Shown piece by piece: positions 53,958 to 58,749 of a stretch of DNA of 58,749 bases; the stretch's first letter is position 1; each line of letters begins with the position of its first letter. Location of the stretch: contig VGXW01000002.1 in NCBI GenBank assembly GCA_016873195.1, positions 1-58,749 of the forward strand. Direction: 5' to 3'. The DNA is from Planctomycetota bacterium. Its GTDB lineage: Bacteria; Planctomycetota; UBA1135; UBA2386. The notes beneath the pieces were generated by a model, which saw nothing but the letters and a program-made list of their open reading frames with translations, was not told the DNA's origin and searched no databases. Position numbers and translations under genes: made by a program.

Positions 53958-54875
53958 TTGCCGCCCACCGCCCCGCGCGTCCACCTGGCCCTGATCACGG
54001 TCTCGCTGCTGTTCGGCGCGAACTACGTGTTCACCAAGCGCATCCTCGCGACCGTGCCGCCGGTCGCCTGGGTGCTGTTCCGGATCGTCGCGGCGACCGC
54101 GCTGATGGTGCCGCTGGCGCTGCTGCTGCGCCGCGGGGCCGGCTGGCCGCGGCCGCGCGCACTGCTCGGGCTCGCCGTCGCCTCGATCTTCGGCGTGGTG
54201 CTGAACCAGGTGCTGTTCACCGAGGGCATGGCGCGCACCACGCCCGAGCACAGCGCCGTGATCAACGCGTGCATCCCGACCTGGACCCTGCTGGTCGCCG
54301 CGCTCGCGGGCCAGGAACGGCTCGACGCGCGCCGCGTCGCCGCCGTGCTGGTGGCGCTGCTGGGCGTGCAGTACCTGCTGGGCCTCGACCGGCTCCTTGC
54401 CGGCGGTCCACCGGGCGCCGCGGCCGATTCCGGCGCGTCGCTGCTCGGCGACGCGCTGACGCTGCTGAACGGCGTGTCGTTCGCCGTGCACCTCGTGATC
54501 ATGCGGCGGCTCGGCCGCGACCTGAATCCCTGGCTGTCGACGGCGGTGATGTTCCTGGTCGCGAGCGCGGCGATCTCGGCGTGGAGCGGACCGCGGCTCG
54601 ACGGCGCTGCGGTCGACGCCGTGCTCACCGTGCCGACCCTGCTCTACGCGCTCTACGCGGTGCTGTTCGCGACGGTGCTGACCTACCTGCTGAACACGTG
54701 GGCGCTGCGGCACACGCACAGTTCCCAGGTGGCGCTCTACATCAACGTGCAGCCGCTGGTCGCCGCGCTGCTGAACTGGGCGCTCGGCGCGGACCTGCCC
54801 GGGCACCGCTTCTTCGTCGCGCTCGGCCTGGTCGCGTTCGGCCTGTGGCTGCAGAACAGGCCGGCCCGCGGCTGA
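53958..54875 (+). CDS. EamA/DMT family transporter
   Basis: Ten-TM-type sequence: ALITVSLLFGANYVFTKRIL...LNQVLFTEGMARTTPEHSAVINA...TYLLNTWALRHTHSSQVALYINVQP. The start is uncertain. I took the TTG at 53958 because there is no in-frame ATG or GTG near the first TM segment. Confidence 0.7.
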   Translation: MPPTAPRVHLALITVSLLFGANYVFTKRILATVPPVAWVLFRIVAATALMVPLALLLRRGAGWPRPRALLGLAVASIFGVVLNQVLFTEGMARTTPEHSAVINACIPTWTLLVAALAGQERLDARRVAAVLVALLGVQYLLGLDRLLAGGPPGAAADSGASLLGDALTLLNGVSFAVHLVIMRRLGRDLNPWLSTAVMFLVASAAISAWSGPRLDGAAVDAVLTVPTLLYALYAVLFATVLTYLLNTWALRHTHSSQVALYINVQPLVAALLNWALGADLPGHRFFVALGLVAFGLWLQNRPARG

Positions 54876-54910
54876 GGCGGGCGGCGCCGCCGCGCCCCCG
54901 CTCCCCCGCC

Positions 54911-56362
54911 TCACCGCGGCGCGATCACCACACCCCGGAGTCCCGCGAACCCCTCGATGCGGCGGGCGCGCTGCGGCGTGCAAAAGCGCGCCCACGCCGG
55001 GCCGAACGCCGGCACCTGCTCGACCAGGAACGCGACCGCCGCGTCGGTCACGACGAGCCGCGCGCCCTCGCCGTGGGCGAGGGCCGCCTGCGCCTCGAGC
55101 CACAGGAAGGCCTCCTGCTCGCCGAGCGGCGCGGAGAGCCGCGGCGCGAGGTGCGCCCAGACGGCCCACGCCTCGACCAGTTCCGCGCGCGGTGCGTGCC
55201 AGCGCACGGCCTGCGCCTCGATCTCCGCGCCGACCAGCCACACGGTCCCGGCCTCGGCCGCGAACGCCGCCGCCGCGCGGCCGAACTCGTGGTCGGGCGC
55301 CACGGTGCGGTGGCGCGCCTGGTGGCCGAGCGCGCCCAGCGCGACCAGCACCGCGAGCAGGCCGCGGTGGCGCCGCGGCAGCGCGTCGAGCGCCACGGCC
55401 GCGAGCGGGAACAGCAGCGGCAGCGCGTAGGCGCCCGCCTCGTCGGCCTGCCCCTGCACGAGCACGGCGGTCACCGCGGCGTAGCCGAGCCCGCCCAGCA
55501 GCACGAAGGCCGCCGGCAGCGCGGCACCCCGCCAGAGCCCGGCCAGCGCGACGACCGGCAGCGGCAGGAACGCCCACAGCCACTCGGTGCCGAGCGCGGC
55601 CACGAAGTGCGCGAGCGGTTCGCCGGATCCGGCGCGTTCGCTCAGGAACGCCGACGAGTCGGGCAGCGGGTCGCCGAGCGCGCGCAGGCCGTGGTAGCCG
55701 GCCGCCCACAGCAGCGCGTGCGCGAGCGCGAACGCGAGCAGCAGCGGCGCGGCGCGACGCAGGCGCAGGCCGGCGAGCCAGAACGGCGCCGTGCCGAGCA
55801 GCGGCACCAGCAGCTGGCCGGTGGCATGGCACAGGGTCGCCAGCGCGCCGAGCGCCCCGGCCAGCGCGGCGATCCGCCACGACGACGCGCGCGCCGCGAC
55901 CACGGTGGCCCACCACGCGAGCGCCGCGACGGCGAGGAACGGCGCGTGCAGTTCGGGCAGCGTCGCGAAGTAGAGCAGCGCGGGCGCGCACCCGGCGCAG
56001 ACCGCGAGCCAGACCGCGAACGCCGGCGAGCCGCGCAGGGCCCGCGCCGCACGGTGCATCGCCCCGACCGCCAGCGCCCCGCCGAGCACCGACAGCCAGC
56101 CCATCGCCTCGATGCCGCCGGCTCCGCACGGCGCGAGCAGCCAGCGCAGGCCGCGCGCCGCCTCCAGGTAGAGCGGGTGGTGCGGGTGCACGATGCGCGG
56201 TTCGTCGAGCCAGCGCTGCAGCGTCAGCGCATCCGTGCCGTGCAGCCCCGGCTGGCGCAGCAGCGCGTAGAGCAGGCCGAAGCCGAGCACGAGCGCCGCG
56301 GTCGCGCGCCACGACCCGGCGGGCGGCGCGGCGGCGGGAGCGGCGGTGGCGACAGCGGCCAT
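54911..56362 (-). CDS. polytopic membrane protein with soluble C-terminal domain (GT-C-like glycosyltransferase suspected, unproven)
   Basis: An internal ATG of ORF 54911..58492 gives about 9-10 hydrophobic segments and then a soluble tail of about 130 aa. No family is recognised with confidence. Confidence 0.5.
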   Translation of the reverse strand: MAAVATAAPAAAPPAGSWRATAALVLGFGLLYALLRQPGLHGTDALTLQRWLDEPRIVHPHHPLYLEAARGLRWLLAPCGAGGIEAMGWLSVLGGALAVGAMHRAARALRGSPAFAVWLAVCAGCAPALLYFATLPELHAPFLAVAALAWWATVVAARASSWRIAALAGALGALATLCHATGQLLVPLLGTAPFWLAGLRLRRAAPLLLAFALAHALLWAAGYHGLRALGDPLPDSSAFLSERAGSGEPLAHFVAALGTEWLWAFLPLPVVALAGLWRGAALPAAFVLLGGLGYAAVTAVLVQGQADEAGAYALPLLFPLAAVALDALPRRHRGLLAVLVALGALGHQARHRTVAPDHEFGRAAAAFAAEAGTVWLVGAEIEAQAVRWHAPRAELVEAWAVWAHLAPRLSAPLGEQEAFLWLEAQAALAHGEGARLVVTDAAVAFLVEQVPAFGPAWARFCTPQRARRIEGFAGLRGVVIAPR

Positions 56363-56461
56363 GGGTCGGCGCGGATCGGAAGGCCGCCCGGCGGACCGCG
56401 CAAGCCCGGGCACCGGGAACGGGTGCACACCGGGGGCTTCGCGGGTAGCCTGCCCGGCCCC

Positions 56462-57739
56462 ATGTCGCTGCCCGCCGTCGGCCAGACCATCGAGCTCGGC
56501 ATCGACCGCCTCGGCTACGGCGGCTACGCGATCGGCCGGCACGAGGGGCTCGCCGTGTTCGTGCCGTTCGCGGCGCCCGGCGACCGGCTGCGCGTCGAGG
56601 TCACCGAGGTCGAGAAGCGGCACGTGCGCGCGCGCATCGCCGCGATCCTGCAGCCCGGGCCGGGCCGGGTCGAGCCGCGCTGCCGCCACTTCGGCGACTG
56701 CGGCGGCTGCCAGTTCCAGCACGTCGACTACGGCACGCAGCTCGCCGCGAAGGCCGACTTCGTGCGCGACGCGCTGGTGCGCACCGGCGGCTTCGACTGG
56801 CCGGCGGCGATCGCCGTGCACCACGGCGAGCCGTGGGGCTACCGCGCGCGCACGCAGCTCAAACTGCAGGCGCCGTCGGGCCTGCGCAGCGACGCGTCCC
56901 ACCTGCGGCTGCCGAAGAAGCAACGCAGGGCGGCGCAGGCGCGCGAGGCGGCCACCGCGGACGACGCCCACACGCCGCAGCCGCCGCGGCTCGGCTTCCA
57001 CCGCGCGTTCACGCACGACGTGCTCGACGTGCAGCAGTGCCCGGTGCTCGCACCCGAACTCGAGTCGGGCCTGCCGGCCGTGCGCGCGGCGGTCGCGTCG
57101 CTGCGGAAGCGCGACTGGCCCTACCAGATCGACGGCGCCTCTGGCGTGGCCGGCGCGTCCTGGGCGCCCGACCTGCCGGGCATGAAGAAGGACCTCGTCG
57201 AGCACGAGGTGCACGGCTTCCGCTACCTGATCGAGCCCGAGAGCTTCTTCCAGGGCAACCGCCACCTGGTCGACGGACTCGTCGCCGGCGCGCTCGGCGC
57301 CGAGCGCGGCGAACTCGCCTTCGACCTCTACGCGGGCGTCGGCCTGTTCTCGCTGCCGCTGTCGCGGCGGTTCGCGCGCGTGGTCGCGGTCGAGGACGAA
57401 CGCCGCGCGGCGACGCTCGGCCGCGTCAACGTGAAGACCAACCGCTGCGAGAAGGTGACCTACCTGCGCGCGACGACCGAGCAGTTCCTGCGCGACAACC
57501 AGGAACGGCCCGACCTGGTACTGATGGACCCGCCGCGCCTGGGTGCGAGACCGGCCATCCCGCTGCTGCTGCAGCTCGCGGCCCCGCGCCTCGTCTACGT
57601 GTCGTGCGACCCGCAGACGCTCGCGCGCGACCTGCGCCAGCTCGCCGACGGCGGCTACGAGCTCGAGCAGGTCGAGGCCTACGACATGTTCCCGCAGACC
57701 TTCCACGTCGAGTGCGTGGCGCGGCTGCGGCGACGCTGA
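56462..57739 (+). CDS. rlmD: 23S rRNA (uracil-5-)-methyltransferase, RumA/RlmD type
   Basis: An internal ATG of ORF 53876..57739 gives an N-terminal TRAM-like domain. The Fe-S Cys cluster is CRHFGDCGGCQFQH plus QQCPVL. The SAM motifs are FDLYAGVGLFSL and DPPRLG, with the catalytic motif YVSCDPQTLARD. Confidence 0.85.
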   Translation: MSLPAVGQTIELGIDRLGYGGYAIGRHEGLAVFVPFAAPGDRLRVEVTEVEKRHVRARIAAILQPGPGRVEPRCRHFGDCGGCQFQHVDYGTQLAAKADFVRDALVRTGGFDWPAAIAVHHGEPWGYRARTQLKLQAPSGLRSDASHLRLPKKQRRAAQAREAATADDAHTPQPPRLGFHRAFTHDVLDVQQCPVLAPELESGLPAVRAAVASLRKRDWPYQIDGASGVAGASWAPDLPGMKKDLVEHEVHGFRYLIEPESFFQGNRHLVDGLVAGALGAERGELAFDLYAGVGLFSLPLSRRFARVVAVEDERRAATLGRVNVKTNRCEKVTYLRATTEQFLRDNQERPDLVLMDPPRLGARPAIPLLLQLAAPRLVYVSCDPQTLARDLRQLADGGYELEQVEAYDMFPQTFHVECVARLRRR

Positions 57740-57748
57740 CGGAGAACC

Positions 57749-58561
57749 ATGGAGACGCGCTTCCTCTCGTTCGACCACGTTCGCCTCGCGGTGCACGTCG
57801 CGGGCCGCGGTCCGGTCGCGATCCTGATCCACGGCTACCCGCTCGACCACCGCCTGTGGCTCGACGCGCTGCGCGGCCCGCTCGCGGCGGCCCGCACGCT
57901 GGTCGCGGTCGACCTGCGCGGCCACGGGCTGTCGCCGTGGTGCGGCGATCCGGTGCATGCGATGGACCTGTTCGCCGACGACGTCGCGGCGGTCGCGCAC
58001 ACGATCGCCGACGAGCCGGTCGACGTGGTCGGACTGTCGATGGGCGGCTACGTGGCGCAGGCCCTCTGGGCGCGGCACCCGGAGCTCGTCCGTTCGCTGG
58101 CGCTGGTCGACACGCGCGCGCGGGCCGACGACGAGGCGGCGAAGGCGGGGCGCGACGCGGCGATGCGGACCGTGGTCGAGCAGGGGCGATCGGCGATCGC
58201 GGCGGTGATGCTGCCGAAGCTGCTGGCGCCCTGTCCGGCCGGCGATCCGTCCGGCCTGCTGCTGCGCGCGCGGGTGTCGTCGATGATCGAGGGCACGGTG
58301 GTCGAGACCATCGTCGCCGACCTGCGCGGGCTGCGCGAGCGGCCCGACCGCACCGGCATGCTGCCGACGATCGCCGTGCCAGCGCTCGTGGTGGCCGGCG
58401 AACTCGACACGATCGCGCCGCCCGCGGAGGCGCACGCGATGGCCGCGGCGATCCCGGGCGCGCGGTGCGTCGTGGTGCCGCGCGCCGGGCACCTGGTGCC
58501 GATCGAGGATCCGGCATCGTTCGCGCGGGAGCTCGGCCGGTTCTGGGGCGCGATGGGCTGA
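57749..58561 (+). CDS. alpha/beta hydrolase fold protein
   Basis: ILIHGYPLDHRLW, the nucleophile elbow GLSMGGYVA and C-terminal GHLVPIEDP. Confidence 0.8.
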   Translation: METRFLSFDHVRLAVHVAGRGPVAILIHGYPLDHRLWLDALRGPLAAARTLVAVDLRGHGLSPWCGDPVHAMDLFADDVAAVAHTIADEPVDVVGLSMGGYVAQALWARHPELVRSLALVDTRARADDEAAKAGRDAAMRTVVEQGRSAIAAVMLPKLLAPCPAGDPSGLLLRARVSSMIEGTVVETIVADLRGLRERPDRTGMLPTIAVPALVVAGELDTIAPPAEAHAMAAAIPGARCVVVPRAGHLVPIEDPASFARELGRFWGAMG

Positions 58562-58701
58562 CCGATGGACACCTCGCGCCGCGCCGCGTCCTGCCGCTGC
58601 GCGTGCTGCGCCCCCCGTGGTTCCAACCCCGGCGCCCGACGCGAGCAGTTCCCCTCCGCGCCCCGGCTAGACTGCGCCGCGGCCACCCGCCCAGCCCGAG
58701 C

Positions 58702-58749
58702 ATGTCCAAAGCCGTCCGCCCGGTGTTCGCCTTCGTCCTGCCGCTCGCG
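58702..58749 (+). CDS. 5' end of an unidentified ORF running off the window
   Basis: The ATG at 58702 gives MSKAVRPVFAFVLPLA, which is signal-peptide-like. Only 16 codons are visible. Confidence 0.2.
   Translation, partial: MSKAVRPVFAFVLPLA

Noticed and set aside
50892-56312. An 1806-aa minus-strand ORF. Similar giant ORFs in the track include 53876..57739 (+), 54911..58492 (-) upstream part, 42107..44251 (-), 44669..47047 (+), 16864..19110 (+), 11397..13730 (-) upstream part and 75..1466 (+).
   Set aside because: They are dominated by Arg, Ala, Gly and Pro, and they run antisense or out of frame to genes with clear homologous signatures. Stop-free alternative frames are expected at this GC content. 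Only the portions with recognisable protein sequence were kept, using internal starts.

Overview
Very GC-rich bacterial chromosomal segment (about 70 percent judged by eye, not computed), almost entirely core housekeeping genes. Every gene I call from 1 to 39767 is on the minus strand. In transcription order these are: (1) a dcw cluster, mraZ-rsmH-ftsL-like-ftsI-murE-murF-mraY-ftsW-LysM protein-murG-murC-murB, with no murD, ddl or ftsQAZ; (2) a PTS-Ntr module, hpf-ptsN-ptsH; (3) the type IV pilus genes pilM-pilN-pilO/P-pilQ; (4) rne; (5) rplU-rpmA-obg; (6) pilT; (7) a divergent EF-G paralogue; (8) the S10/spc ribosomal operons, rpsJ to secY-adk-infA-rpmJ-rpsM, with no rplC and no rpmD. Positions 40.0-42.4 kb hold small lipoprotein, HEAT-repeat and Cys-rich genes of unknown function. 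Positions 42.4-53.8 kb hold a complete MoxR-DUF58-DUF4381-like-BatA-BatB-BatC-BatD/E operon, preceded by a 958-aa exported HEAT-repeat protein. Positions 53.9-58.7 kb hold an EamA transporter, a polytopic membrane protein, a RumA/RlmD-type rRNA methyltransferase and an alpha/beta hydrolase. I recognise no rRNA, tRNA, CRISPR array, transposase, integrase or phage gene. Most very long ORFs in the six-frame track are stop-poor GC artefacts: they are Arg/Ala/Gly/Pro-rich and lie antisense or out of frame to real genes. I found no convincing new multi-gene system. The most unusual signals are non-coding or architectural: (a) a three-copy structured intergenic element that begins on the TGA stop of the upstream gene, with a second 15-nt module shared only by the pilT and pilM leaders; (b) a cluster of 13-20 bp tandem micro-duplications in the S10 operon, two of which form a compensated frameshift at the rplW 3' end; (c) a phased GGGT direct-repeat array over the mraZ promoter; (d) missing rplC and murD at their canonical positions; (e) an EF-G paralogue lacking the domain IV tip loop; (f) a PilO-PilP fusion and a BatD-BatE fusion. 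Gene starts were chosen by hand from homologous N-termini, Shine-Dalgarno sequences and stop/start overlaps. No database search was run.
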